Source: a virus
Strand: one strand, 5' to 3'
Virus record (IMG/VR): IMGVR_UViG_3300045988_054790
Length of the DNA: 50,162 nucleotides
How positions within the stretch are numbered: position 1 is the stretch's first letter; each line of letters starts with the position of its first letter. The notes under the pieces are model-generated. The model was not told the DNA's origin. It worked only from the letters and a program-made list of their open reading frames with translations, and searched no databases. The translations under genes and the position numbers were made by a program. Positions 1 through 8,066 of the stretch are shown here, piece after piece.

Positions 1-55
1 AAGTGTGCGCCGCGAAATCCGTTTGTGCTTACGCTCCAGACGCTCCGCTTGTTCC
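1..55. repeat. Terminal direct repeat copy 1 (circular-assembly overlap)
   Basis: nt 1-55 are identical to nt 50108-50162. A minus-strand ORF reads in frame across the junction. Confidence 0.95.
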
Positions 56-716
56 TACGCCCCGTCTTGTTTTCACTGTTCCCGTGGCTCTCACGTTCTA
101 CCTGTGCGCTGTTGTCGTGAGATCGGCCTCCGGTATAGGCTCCGCCGCCACGGAATGTTCTGGCGTTTCCTTTTGCCGATGTGACTGGTTCGCTGATCGC
201 CGCCGCGTCGAAATAATAGCGCTCTGACTTTGACAGCAGGAAGATGTACTCATGTGACTTCGTGCATCGGTCGCTCACGCTCTCCGGCATACAGTTCGGC
301 TTCTGCCAAATAATGTCTTGCCGCAAATACCAACCGTCTGCACGGAGGGCAAAGGCCAACTGCCAAGGTATGCCGATCAGGTCTTTTTTCTTGTATCCCT
401 GCGGTACGCGCTTTGCGGTGTGTCCGCAGGAATTGCGGGTGTTCGTCGGCGGCTGGTTCCCTGATTTGGTAGCATAGCTATCGCCCACGTTCACCCACAG
501 AGTTCCGTCTGGCCGCAGCACCCGTCGAACCTCACGAAAAACTGTGACCAGCGCCTGCAGGTATTCCTCCACGCTGGCCTCTTTCCCGATCTGCCCCTCC
601 ACTCCGTAATCTCTCAAATTATAGTAGGGCGGGGAGGTCACGCAGGTATGTACGCTTTCTGGCGGCAGTGTCCGCAGCAGCTCCAGCGCGTCGCCTTGCA
701 GAATAATGTAGTTCAT
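1..716 (-). CDS. DNA methyltransferase, beta-class N4-C/N6-A type, N-terminal part (continues at 49912-50107 in the circle)
   Basis: ATG at 716 forms an ATGA overlap with the upstream stop. My translation is MNYIILQGDALELL...VTSPPYYNLRDY...LWVNVGDSY...IIWQKPN, with an SPPY motif IV. The ORF runs off position 1 and joins in frame the part carrying DPFAGSGTT. Total 912 nt, 303 aa. Confidence 0.85.
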   Translation of the reverse strand, partial: MNYIILQGDALELLRTLPPESVHTCVTSPPYYNLRDYGVEGQIGKEASVEEYLQALVTVFREVRRVLRPDGTLWVNVGDSYATKSGNQPPTNTRNSCGHTAKRVPQGYKKKDLIGIPWQLAFALRADGWYLRQDIIWQKPNCMPESVSDRCTKSHEYIFLLSKSERYYFDAAAISEPVTSAKGNARTFRGGGAYTGGRSHDNSAQVERESHGNSENKTGRRNKRSVWSVSTNGFRGAH

Positions 717-1969
717 CACTCCACACCCTCCGCTCTCCTCGGCCTCCATTCCTCGTCCCGCACCTGAAACGCGTCCCCAAGCTGCACGGTTTCCGGGAAA
801 TTGTGCTGGGTGGTCTGTACGGCGTATTTGTCGATCTCGGTTGCATAGTAGGCTGTTATGTCCACACCCAGCTTGTCCAACGCGATATGGCCGCAGCTCA
901 TGCCGTCGTACATGGAAAGCACTTCCACCGGCTCCTCTGTCATACCATCGAAATGGCTCATAATGTGGGCGATTACGTCCACCGTCCAGCCGTTGCCCAG
1001 CATTTTATACGCTTGAGTATCGCTGACTGGAAAGGTGTATGTGTCCGGCACGGTCTGGAGGCGTTTGCACTCTGTAACGGTCAGCTTGCGAATGATGTAA
1101 AATCCGTCCGCCAGTTTGATGGGGTACTCCTTGCCCTTGATGGAAATTTCCCCATTCCTAACCTCGTAAACAGGCACCGACTTCCCCGCAGCCGTAACTA
1201 CAAGTATGCTTTTCGGCCCCGCTGCCGTCCCGACAGGCATCGCCACGCAGGTTTTACGGTCAACGGTGTTTCCAACCATGTTTCTGATCCCGTCTTTGTA
1301 GTATGTAGCCCGCAGGCATTGGGCTTTCCCCTCGACGGTTTCATTTACCGGCACCGGCACGGCGTACAATCCAGTTTTTGCACCCACGCCCCCACCATCC
1401 CCGCACAAAGTCACACTCTTGCCGTCCGGTGAATAAACACGGTATTGCTGGCTGTCAAAGTCCTGCTTCTTTGCGTCGTTCTCAATAGTGCCGATGCGGA
1501 TAGGCTCTGCAGCTCCATTTCGTTGCCGTCTTGCAATCATATCTTCCGCTGTGGCACTATGATTTGATGCTGTTAGTGCATAGCCTTTCTCGCGCCAGCA
1601 GATGCCGCTTTCCAGAATATCCCACAGCAGGATACCCTTGTCCTCCGGCTGTTCCACACGGACTTGGCTGTATGTACCGTCCGGCTCACGCTTGCCAACC
1701 CAGTAGAGCCGCTGGCGGTTCTGTGCGGAGACCAGAGCGGAGTTGATAAGCACCGGTTGCGCGCCCAGCTCCGCCGTGATCTGCGCACGGATAGCGGGAG
1801 ACATGGATTTGTTGTTTTCGTACAGGAAATAGTCGGGATGGTACTTGTCCCGTGCGATACGGTAATTCAAGAACAGTTCCCAGCCGATGCCGCTGGCTTC
1901 TGTTTCGCGGTTCTTGGTCTGCGCGATAGACTAGTGCGTACATGGCGAACCGCCGATCAAGATTTTCAT
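716..1969 (-). pseudogene. DNA (cytosine-5)-methyltransferase with permuted motif order, interrupted by in-frame TAG at 1931-1933
   Basis: ATG 1969 gives MKILIGGSPCTH-TAG-SIAQ (motif IV). Then come FLYENN (VI), QNRQRLYW (VIII), RKLTVTECKRLQTVPDTY (IX) and LGNGWTVDV (X). VLSMYDGMSCG / ATEIDKYA / QLGD (motifs I-III) sit at the C-terminus. The ORF track only lists the part after the TAG (716-1870). Confidence 0.75.
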
Positions 1970-2253
1970 TCCTCCGCCTCCTCGCGCAGCCAGTCCAGTG
2001 CGCACAGTTCACATGCCGTCATTCCGTCGCGTCCTTTTAGGTAGCACGTACTGTCACGATCATTGTTCTTGCAGTAGGCCGCACCGTCGTTGCTCAGCAT
2101 GAATTTTGCCAGTTCCTCGTCATTCATTTCTCGAACCCTGTCCGCGTTGGTAAAGACCACATCCGGGCAGTTCTGTTTCCGGGCATTTTTACAGGCTTTC
2201 CCGCCGTAGTTCAACAAGCAGCCGGCAACCCGGCACCGATCACAGAGTTTCAT
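1966..2253 (-). CDS. Hypothetical Cys-rich protein (95 aa)
   Basis: ORF track entry. ATGA overlap with the downstream gene. Multiple Cys clusters. Confidence 0.6.
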   Translation of the reverse strand: MKLCDRCRVAGCLLNYGGKACKNARKQNCPDVVFTNADRVREMNDEELAKFMLSNDGAAYCKNNDRDSTCYLKGRDGMTACELCALDWLREEAEE

Positions 2254-2265
2254 TCCGCCGCCTCC

Positions 2266-3090
2266 TTAACCGTCATAGCACCCGCACGGAGCGCCGCAGA
2301 GGCACCCGCCGGGGCTGTCCGGGAACAACTGGTCAAAGGTCAACTGCGCCTCCTCGAACTCCTTGTTTGCCATAAACTCGTTGTAGTAGCTCTCCCATGA
2401 CCAGTTGCGCCCAAGCCCTTTTACGTTCACGTTTGTCTCGGCGCTCCCGTGTTCCAGCGCGATAGCCCGCTCAAAGAGATCAGGGTAGTTCTCCCACAGT
2501 GCTTGTATTTCTTTCTTCTTCATGGATGGGCAGAAAAAGCATGAACTTTTCCCCGGTCTCGGCAGTCCGGCCCGCTCGATCACGTGCACACATTCCTCGC
2601 GCGTCCATCCCCACTCGTAGAGCGGATAATGTCTTTCGTACTTTTTGTCCGCTTCGTCGATGGGCGCGGCGTGTTGGATGCGCCGCGTCTCCCCGGCATC
2701 GTAGCCAATGTACTTGTGGACGCGCTGGCCGCTGGCCCACACATCCTTGCACGGCTGGTAATTGTTGCAGAACTTCTCCTGCGTCCCGATCTTGTGCTTT
2801 AGAGAACAACGCTTGAAACCGTATGCGATAGATGGAAGCGTCCCGCTGTTGATGCATTCCTGCTCCAGCGTCAATCTGTTTCCGTCCTTGTCGTGGTACT
2901 CCACGGAGACGATCTTTGGGATGCCATGCTTTACCAGCCACTCATTGAACGTCCCCATGAACTCGTAGGTGTGCGGCTGCTCGCCGCCGGTGTCCGCAAA
3001 CAAAATCAGATCAATAGGGATTTTGTGCAGATACATCCCGATAATCATGGCGGTGCTGTTTGTCCCGCCGCCAAAGGAAACAATATTCAT
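2266..3090 (-). CDS. PAPS reductase-like / PP-loop ATP pyrophosphatase family protein with C-terminal Cys cluster
   Basis: N-terminal SFGGGTNSTAM resembles a PP-loop. It also has GKSSCFFCP and a terminal CLCGAPCGC. The overall pattern matches phage phosphoadenosine-phosphosulfate-reductase-family proteins. Confidence 0.7.
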   Translation of the reverse strand: MNIVSFGGGTNSTAMIIGMYLHKIPIDLILFADTGGEQPHTYEFMGTFNEWLVKHGIPKIVSVEYHDKDGNRLTLEQECINSGTLPSIAYGFKRCSLKHKIGTQEKFCNNYQPCKDVWASGQRVHKYIGYDAGETRRIQHAAPIDEADKKYERHYPLYEWGWTREECVHVIERAGLPRPGKSSCFFCPSMKKKEIQALWENYPDLFERAIALEHGSAETNVNVKGLGRNWSWESYYNEFMANKEFEEAQLTFDQLFPDSPGGCLCGAPCGCYDG

Positions 3091-3365
3091 TCCGCTTCCT
3101 CCCCGGCATCGCCGTCCCAGTCAATCGCCTGTCCGCATTGTCCGCAGAAGCGGCAGCGGTTCCCGTCCTCGTTGTGCAGGTATTCGCCGCTCCCGCAGGA
3201 TGGGCAGGCCAGTACACCTGCGTCCCCGTCAGGGTATGGGCTTTCCGGCACACGCCGCCGTAACGCCTCTACGCCCATCCGGCAAGCCTCATTCACCGGT
3301 TCAAGGCTCTCATACGCCTCCCGGTGTTCCGGGTCGAGAATTTCCCGCGCTCTTGCGATTTCCAT
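3087..3365 (-). CDS. Hypothetical zinc-ribbon protein (92 aa)
   Basis: Contains CPSCG...CRFCGQCG. Overlaps the neighbouring ORF by 4 nt. Confidence 0.55.
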   Translation of the reverse strand: MEIARAREILDPEHREAYESLEPVNEACRMGVEALRRRVPESPYPDGDAGVLACPSCGSGEYLHNEDGNRCRFCGQCGQAIDWDGDAGEEAE

Positions 3366-3368
3366 TTA

Positions 3369-3668
3369 TTACATCCTTTCCGCCGCCGCTCGGAGGGCTT
3401 CAATGTCGATAGGAATACCGCGCCCACCCTCATAGTTGATAAACTCGACGACGCTTTCAATGTTCAGCGTGTTCATAGCCAACAGCGCCGCTTCCGTATC
3501 TCTGTTGCAACAGTCATTCCAGAGCATATACAGGCGCGCCCCCGTGATGCCTGCCCGTTGCATCCTTTGAAACCCCTGTTCAGCCTTAAACATATCCATG
3601 TCGTAGGCTTGCATCAGGAATTGCAGCGCACCCGGGTTGCCTGCGCAAATATCAAAAGTTACCATCAT
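3369..3668 (-). CDS. Hypothetical protein (99 aa)
   Basis: ORF track entry; sits in the coupled gene string. Confidence 0.55.
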   Translation of the reverse strand: MMVTFDICAGNPGALQFLMQAYDMDMFKAEQGFQRMQRAGITGARLYMLWNDCCNRDTEAALLAMNTLNIESVVEFINYEGGRGIPIDIEALRAAAERM

Positions 3669-4324
3669 TCCTGCACACCCTCCATTCCGATCTGCCCCGC
3701 GTCCTCCGGGTCGTCCTCGGCCTCCTCGATAACCGCCTCCCGGCGTTCCTTATCCTTGTAGAACTGCTCCATGCAGAGCGCCTGAAATTCCGCAAGGTCG
3801 TTGATGTATTCCTCTTTCAGAATGTTCATGGGCATGATGGCTGCCAGTACATCCATGCCGTCATGCACCACAAGATACCGCTGTCCCGTCTGGGTCTGTC
3901 GCGCCGTGTAATAGATGTATTCGCTTTTCTTGATCTCCTCCGCAAGCGGCGCAAGATACGCCTCGTTGTAGAAGATCAGCTCGCCATCCACCTTGCAGCG
4001 GCAGGCGGAACACCATAGCCCGTTGGGAGCCGCCGCCACTTTCAGTTTTTCCGTGTCCTGCTCGCCCTGCGCATACGGTGCAAGGTTCAGCCCCAGCACA
4101 TTGTTGATACTCTCCGGCCAGTCCTCGGTCAGATACACTTTTTTCCATGCGTCCGCCGTCATGTCCAACACCGTTCGCACCTGCTCGCTGCCCTCCATGT
4201 CCGGCAGCTCCGTTGCCCGGTAGATCGCCGTGCCGGTAGAAAGCCAAATACCGCTGCCCGCCACATGGAGTACGGCGCACCGGCCTCCGTTCTTGACCAA
4301 GTTCGCAAATTTCGATAGCTTCAT
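3665..4324 (-). CDS. Hypothetical protein (219 aa)
   Basis: Internal ATG at 4324 (MKLSKFANLV...) is preceded by GGAGGCGGCGGGA. The upstream part of the 269-aa ORF overlaps another small gene. Confidence 0.6.
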   Translation of the reverse strand: MKLSKFANLVKNGGRCAVLHVAGSGIWLSTGTAIYRATELPDMEGSEQVRTVLDMTADAWKKVYLTEDWPESINNVLGLNLAPYAQGEQDTEKLKVAAAPNGLWCSACRCKVDGELIFYNEAYLAPLAEEIKKSEYIYYTARQTQTGQRYLVVHDGMDVLAAIMPMNILKEEYINDLAEFQALCMEQFYKDKERREAVIEEAEDDPEDAGQIGMEGVQE

Positions 4325-4338
4325 TCCCGCCGCCTCCT

Positions 4339-4464
4339 TTACCCGAACAGATACAGAATGCAGAATTTCAGCAGGGCAGGCCCGGCCAGTACCAGCGCCA
4401 GCCCCCAAATCACCGCCAGCGCAAGCAGCAGCATCGCGCCCAAGCCATACAGAATATCTTTCAT
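4339..4464 (-). CDS. Small membrane peptide (41 aa), not in ORF track
   Basis: My translation is MKDILYGLGAMLLLALAVIWGLALVLAGPALLKFCILYLFG. ATGA overlap with the dUTPase-fusion stop. The GGAGG of the next gene follows. Confidence 0.45.
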   Translation of the reverse strand: MKDILYGLGAMLLLALAVIWGLALVLAGPALLKFCILYLFG

Positions 4465-5294
4465 CGCTTGCCACCTCTCACGCCGATGGTCACATAGGCG
4501 GTGCCTTTCCCGTTCAGCTCCATATCCACAGGGGCCTTGCAGTCCAAGCAGCTATGGGTGATGGTCTCCGTCTCTGCGTTGGTCTTGTAGCGGAACGACT
4601 TACCGCATTTACAGTGCATGAACATGGGGCGCAGGCCCTCCAGCGGCGTTTCATGCCCGCACTCCTGACACCGGAAACTGTACGTTTCCCGCTTCGCGCA
4701 GAACGCCTTGACCGCGCCGCACTCCTCGCACACCACCAGCAGAAATCCCTTGTACGGCCCCTGCGTTTTGTCCTCCTCTGCTGCTGTGGCCCAGCTCTCC
4801 CGCTCGCCGAACATTCGCTCCACGCGGCTGTTCCGCTCCGGCTTGTTCCGTTCCGCCGTGCCGCCGGTATGTACCTGCTCGCCGGTGCTGCCGAAGCCGC
4901 CGCGATCATGGTTGCCCAAGCTCTCCACCTGCACAAACTCCATGTCCGGCGCTTTCTCCACAAGGCGGAACTGGCAGATGCGCGTTCCTTTCGGAATGTG
5001 CGTTCCCTCTTTCCGCAGGCACAGCGCCGGATAGCCCCACACATCGCCGTCGCCGCAGTAGTCATTCTCGATCACGCCCATGCTGTTCGCCAGCAGGATG
5101 CCCCACTTTCCAAAGGTTGAGGAACGTGGAACAACGTGCGCATAGTAGCCCGCCGGTATCTCAATGGAAACACCCAAGGAAATGATCTTGTACTCCAGAA
5201 AGTCCAGCGTGACATCCTCTGCGGTGCAAAGGTCTATCCATTCGCCGTGAACCTCCGGCAAGGCGTTTCCGTGGGTGTTGATTTTCACTTTCAT
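4461..5294 (-). CDS. dut: dUTP diphosphatase fused to a C-terminal double zinc-ribbon domain
   Basis: ATG 5294 follows GGGAGG. dUTPase motifs PRSS, GVIENDYCGDGD and DRGGFGSTG are present. About 125 further residues carry CEEC, CQEC, CKC and CLDC. Confidence 0.85.
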   Translation of the reverse strand: MKVKINTHGNALPEVHGEWIDLCTAEDVTLDFLEYKIISLGVSIEIPAGYYAHVVPRSSTFGKWGILLANSMGVIENDYCGDGDVWGYPALCLRKEGTHIPKGTRICQFRLVEKAPDMEFVQVESLGNHDRGGFGSTGEQVHTGGTAERNKPERNSRVERMFGERESWATAAEEDKTQGPYKGFLLVVCEECGAVKAFCAKRETYSFRCQECGHETPLEGLRPMFMHCKCGKSFRYKTNAETETITHSCLDCKAPVDMELNGKGTAYVTIGVRGGKR

Positions 5295-5296
5295 AT

Positions 5297-5554
5297 TCAG
5301 TTCCTCCCGCAAAATTCTTTTGGTATAACTACCGCCGTTCCGGGCGGCACAGCCCATACCTCCGCATCCCGGATGTCTGTCCATTCGCAGCCCCAGTATT
5401 CCGCCGCGTTCAGCAGCGCGGCGTAGTTCGACCGGTGCGGCACCACCACGGCCCCGTACTTCGGATGCACTACCCGCGCCCGGCCTCTGACCCGCCAGCG
5501 TTCCTCACGCGCCCGCCGGACGCTTTGCTGATAGCTGTCCCGGTCAAAATACAT
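5297..5554 (-). CDS. Hypothetical protein (85 aa)
   Basis: Internal ATG (MYFDRDSYQQ...) within ORF 5297-5611. Confidence 0.5.
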   Translation of the reverse strand: MYFDRDSYQQSVRRAREERWRVRGRARVVHPKYGAVVVPHRSNYAALLNAAEYWGCEWTDIRDAEVWAVPPGTAVVIPKEFCGRN

Positions 5555-5852
5555 CTTCGTCCCGCTCCCGCCGCAGCCATTCCGCGTCCTTTTCCTGTCC
5601 GTAGAACGCATGGCCCAGCCAGCCGCCCAACAGCATCAGGCCGAGACCCGCAAAGCCGCCGAGGAAGATCACCGTCAAATCCTCCGCACCGCCTATTGCC
5701 ATCAAAAGCAGGAAGCCAAGCAGCATCATGGCCGAGCCGATGTTCTCCCGCACACGCGCCAGCTTCCGCCGCCGCGCTTCCGTCCGGCTCCGCCGGTAAC
5801 GGCGCTCGGCCATTAGGCCGCCGGGCTTCATTTCACAGTATGCCGTCCTCAT
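5544..5852 (-). CDS. Hypothetical membrane protein
   Basis: Basic N-terminus, then two hydrophobic segments (MMLLGFLLLMAIGG, FLGGFAGLGLMLLGGWLG). Confidence 0.5.
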   Translation of the reverse strand: MRTAYCEMKPGGLMAERRYRRSRTEARRRKLARVRENIGSAMMLLGFLLLMAIGGAEDLTVIFLGGFAGLGLMLLGGWLGHAFYGQEKDAEWLRRERDEDVF

Positions 5853-5867
5853 GGCTTGTCCCTCCGC

Positions 5868-6140
5868 TTACTCTGCGGCAGCGCGGGCCGTCCTGCGCCG
5901 CCTGTAGTTGTTGATGATCTCCTGCTGTGCCAGCTCCGCGCTGTAACCGATGCGCCCGTTGCTGTCCATTTCCCCGGTGTCTCCCCGTTTCAGCTCGTTA
6001 TATACGGTAGACCGATGCACGTTCAGCTTCGCGGCGATCTCCTCAACGCCGCGCCCTTTGTTATAAAGTGCCTCCAGCTCTGCGCGGTCTTTCAGCGTCA
6101 AATGTCTCTTACCCAAGCCGCTCGCCTCCTCCTTTTCCAT
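5868..6140 (-). CDS. Stand-alone HTH protein resembling the N-terminal DNA-binding domain of IS30-type transposases
   Basis: HLTLKDRAELEALYNKG..IAAKLNVHRSTVYNELKRG parallels HLTKNDRLRIEKWQRRG..IAEKLRVHVSTIYRELKRG of the adjacent transposase. There is no catalytic domain. Confidence 0.7.
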   Translation of the reverse strand: MEKEEASGLGKRHLTLKDRAELEALYNKGRGVEEIAAKLNVHRSTVYNELKRGDTGEMDSNGRIGYSAELAQQEIINNYRRRRTARAAAE

Positions 6141-6148
6141 GCAAATAG

Positions 6149-6197
6149 ATAAAAAAATAAATGCGGGAAAACTCTTTTCGAGTTCTCTCGCATTTAT
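6149..6197 (-). terminator. Intrinsic terminator-like hairpin plus T-run just upstream of the 6140 start codon
   Basis: Arms 6157-6174 and 6180-6197 (18 bp, 2 mismatches). The minus strand reads TTTTTTTA after the hairpin. Confidence 0.55.
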
Positions 6198-6224
6198 TCT
6201 AAATATTCAGCAGGAAAAAATCAA
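6196..6224 (-). promoter_or_regulatory. Sigma70-like promoter TTGATT-N17-TAGAAT
   Basis: -35 at 6224..6219 and -10 at 6201..6196 on the minus strand. Located in an AT-rich spacer upstream of the 5868-6140 operon. Confidence 0.45.
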
Positions 6225-6231
6225 GTATTAA

Positions 6232-7612
6232 ATGCGCACAATTTTTCACTTCTTGTTTTGTCTAATTTTGACAAGCCAAAATGACCGCCGTCATATCCCA
6301 TGGTCGGCAGCCTGTGTATTTTCCTGTTCGGTTCTCCGTGTTCCGCTCTGCTCACGCCCTCTCCCCTCGAATGTCTGCTGTGCTGTTTCTTCCTGTTACG
6401 CGCTCAGTCCGATCTCTCGCAGGCACTCCCGGAACATGACCTCGCTGCTCTTGTACCCCAGTATCTTCCGGGGATAGTTGTTAATCCATTCCTCCGTGGC
6501 CGCGATCTCCGCCGCGCTGACCTTGGAGAAATCTGTGCCTTTCGGATGCCGCCGTCTGATCATGCTGTTGGCGTTCTCGTTGCTCCCCCGTTCCCACGAA
6601 GAATACGGATGGCAGTAGTATACCTTGGTGCGCGGGATGGTCTTATTGACGGCGCTCCGCTCCAGCACCTCCGCCGCCGAAAACTCCGAGCCGTTGTCAA
6701 AGGTGATGCTTTTGAAGATCGCCCGGAACCGCTTGGCACCGCATTTCCGCTCCAGCGCGTCCAGTGCCTTGACCACGGTTTCCGCCTTGCGGTTGGGTAT
6801 CGCTATAATGATGTCTTTCCGTGTCTTGCGCTCGTTCAGGGTCAGCAGGGCGCTGGTGGTCTTGCACTTGCCCTTGCCGCTGTACACGGTGTCGCCCTCC
6901 CAATGGCCGAACTCCTCCCGGCTCTCCACCTCCGGCGGGCGCCGTTCGATGCTATCGCCTGCGGATGCCCGCGCCTGATCTTTCTTGGTCTTGACCTTTT
7001 TGTATTTCTGCTTCACCTTGCCCCGGCGCGGCAAATCCACCTGTGTGATGTGGAGAAAGAGACCCTTTTTGATGTAGCTGTAGATCGTCGTCACGGAAAC
7101 AGAGGTCTCGAATGTCCGCCCCTCCAGCATTGCATATCCAAGGACAGCGGCAGGGCTGCACTCCCGCTCCGTGATTGTTGTCTCAATGTAGTTTGCCAGC
7201 TCGTGATCTTTTCCGATCTTCAAGTCCGGCCCTTTCTCCCGCAGATTGCTTTGGTATCGCGCCTCCGCGATGTCCGGGCTGTACGCCGTCACCATTTCCC
7301 ACGTCTCCCCGTCCAGCCGCTCATACTCCCCGCGCTTCAACTCCCGGTAGATGGTGGAAACGTGGACGCGCAGCTTCTCCGCGATCTGTGGCGGCTTCAA
7401 GCCCCTGCGCTGCCACTTCTCAATGCGCAGCCTGTCGTTCTTGGTCAGATGCTTAAATGTTCGTCCTCCGGTCTGCACCGTAAAGCCTCCTCTCTCGCTC
7501 ACCCGCGCAGGGCGGTGTCGGCGTTTCTGTTCCGCTCTGTCGCTTTTTGTCTTATTATGATACCCACAAAACCAGCATTGTGCAACAGCATTTTTTCGGC
7601 GTATGCGCACAA
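6232..7612 (-). mobile_element. IS30-family insertion sequence (ends approximate)
   Basis: Single DDE transposase gene flanked by the 10-bp direct repeat ATGCGCACAA (6232-6241 and 7603-7612). Terminal inverted repeats could not be defined by eye. Confidence 0.7.
6396..7478 (-). CDS. IS30-family DDE transposase (360 aa)
   Basis: GTG 7478 follows GAGGAGG. An HTH is followed by HWEGDTV, FDNGSEF and SNENANSMIRR, which are DDE-type motifs. Confidence 0.85.
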   Translation of the reverse strand: MQTGGRTFKHLTKNDRLRIEKWQRRGLKPPQIAEKLRVHVSTIYRELKRGEYERLDGETWEMVTAYSPDIAEARYQSNLREKGPDLKIGKDHELANYIETTITERECSPAAVLGYAMLEGRTFETSVSVTTIYSYIKKGLFLHITQVDLPRRGKVKQKYKKVKTKKDQARASAGDSIERRPPEVESREEFGHWEGDTVYSGKGKCKTTSALLTLNERKTRKDIIIAIPNRKAETVVKALDALERKCGAKRFRAIFKSITFDNGSEFSAAEVLERSAVNKTIPRTKVYYCHPYSSWERGSNENANSMIRRRHPKGTDFSKVSAAEIAATEEWINNYPRKILGYKSSEVMFRECLREIGLSA

Positions 7613-7655
7613 AAAATCCCCCGGCTGCTATATCTATGAGTATAGCAGCCGGGGG
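7608..7655 (-). terminator. Rho-independent terminator of the lysis cassette
   Basis: 15-bp perfect stem CCCCCGGCTGCTATA (7618-7632 / 7641-7655), followed by ATTTTTT on the minus strand. Confidence 0.8.
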
Positions 7656-7660
7656 TAATT

Positions 7661-8053
7661 TCAGTTATTCAGTTCCTTTTCCCCATCCGTCTTTCCGGGG
7701 TTGTCCTCCACAAAGATGCCGCCCAGCGTACCGATAGTGCTGTCAACCGCGATGTCCAGTTCCTTAACCGCCGCCTCGATCATGGCCTTTACCTCCGCCG
7801 TGACCTTAATTCCCTTTGCTTCAAGCATCTGCACCACATAATCGTACTTCGGGATGGGCAGCGCACCGGCCTCGCGCTGCTTCTCCGCCGCCTTGACCAG
7901 AACGGTGACAATGCCGTACAGGCGCTTGTCTTTCAGCCAAGGGATGCCGGTCTTGATCAGCCACGGAACGGCCACGCCGGTGAAGAACAGGCCGAGGATG
8001 GCAAAAATGGCCTCAATGACAATGTTGATGATGTCGGGAATGATCTGTGTCAT
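7661..8053 (-). CDS. Putative holin (one N-terminal TM segment, LL-H-like architecture)
   Basis: 130 aa. Has an N-terminal hydrophobic segment and lies immediately downstream of the endolysin. Confidence 0.55.
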   Translation of the reverse strand: MTQIIPDIINIVIEAIFAILGLFFTGVAVPWLIKTGIPWLKDKRLYGIVTVLVKAAEKQREAGALPIPKYDYVVQMLEAKGIKVTAEVKAMIEAAVKELDIAVDSTIGTLGGIFVEDNPGKTDGEKELNN

Positions 8054-8066
8054 GGTGTGTACCTCC

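Noticed and set aside
1931-1933. In-frame TAG in the C5-MTase as evidence of genome-wide stop-codon recoding
   Set aside because: All other long genes are uninterrupted in the standard code. TAG appears to terminate the frameshifted chaperone product. I could not find any tRNA-like sequence (no T-loop GGTTCGAATCC-type motif) in the non-coding regions. A point mutation or sequencing error is more parsimonious.
6242-7602. Terminal inverted repeats of the IS30 element
   Set aside because: I compared both ends by eye and found only short chance matches (GTTTTGT, TGCGCA). The exact ends are therefore left approximate and not annotated.
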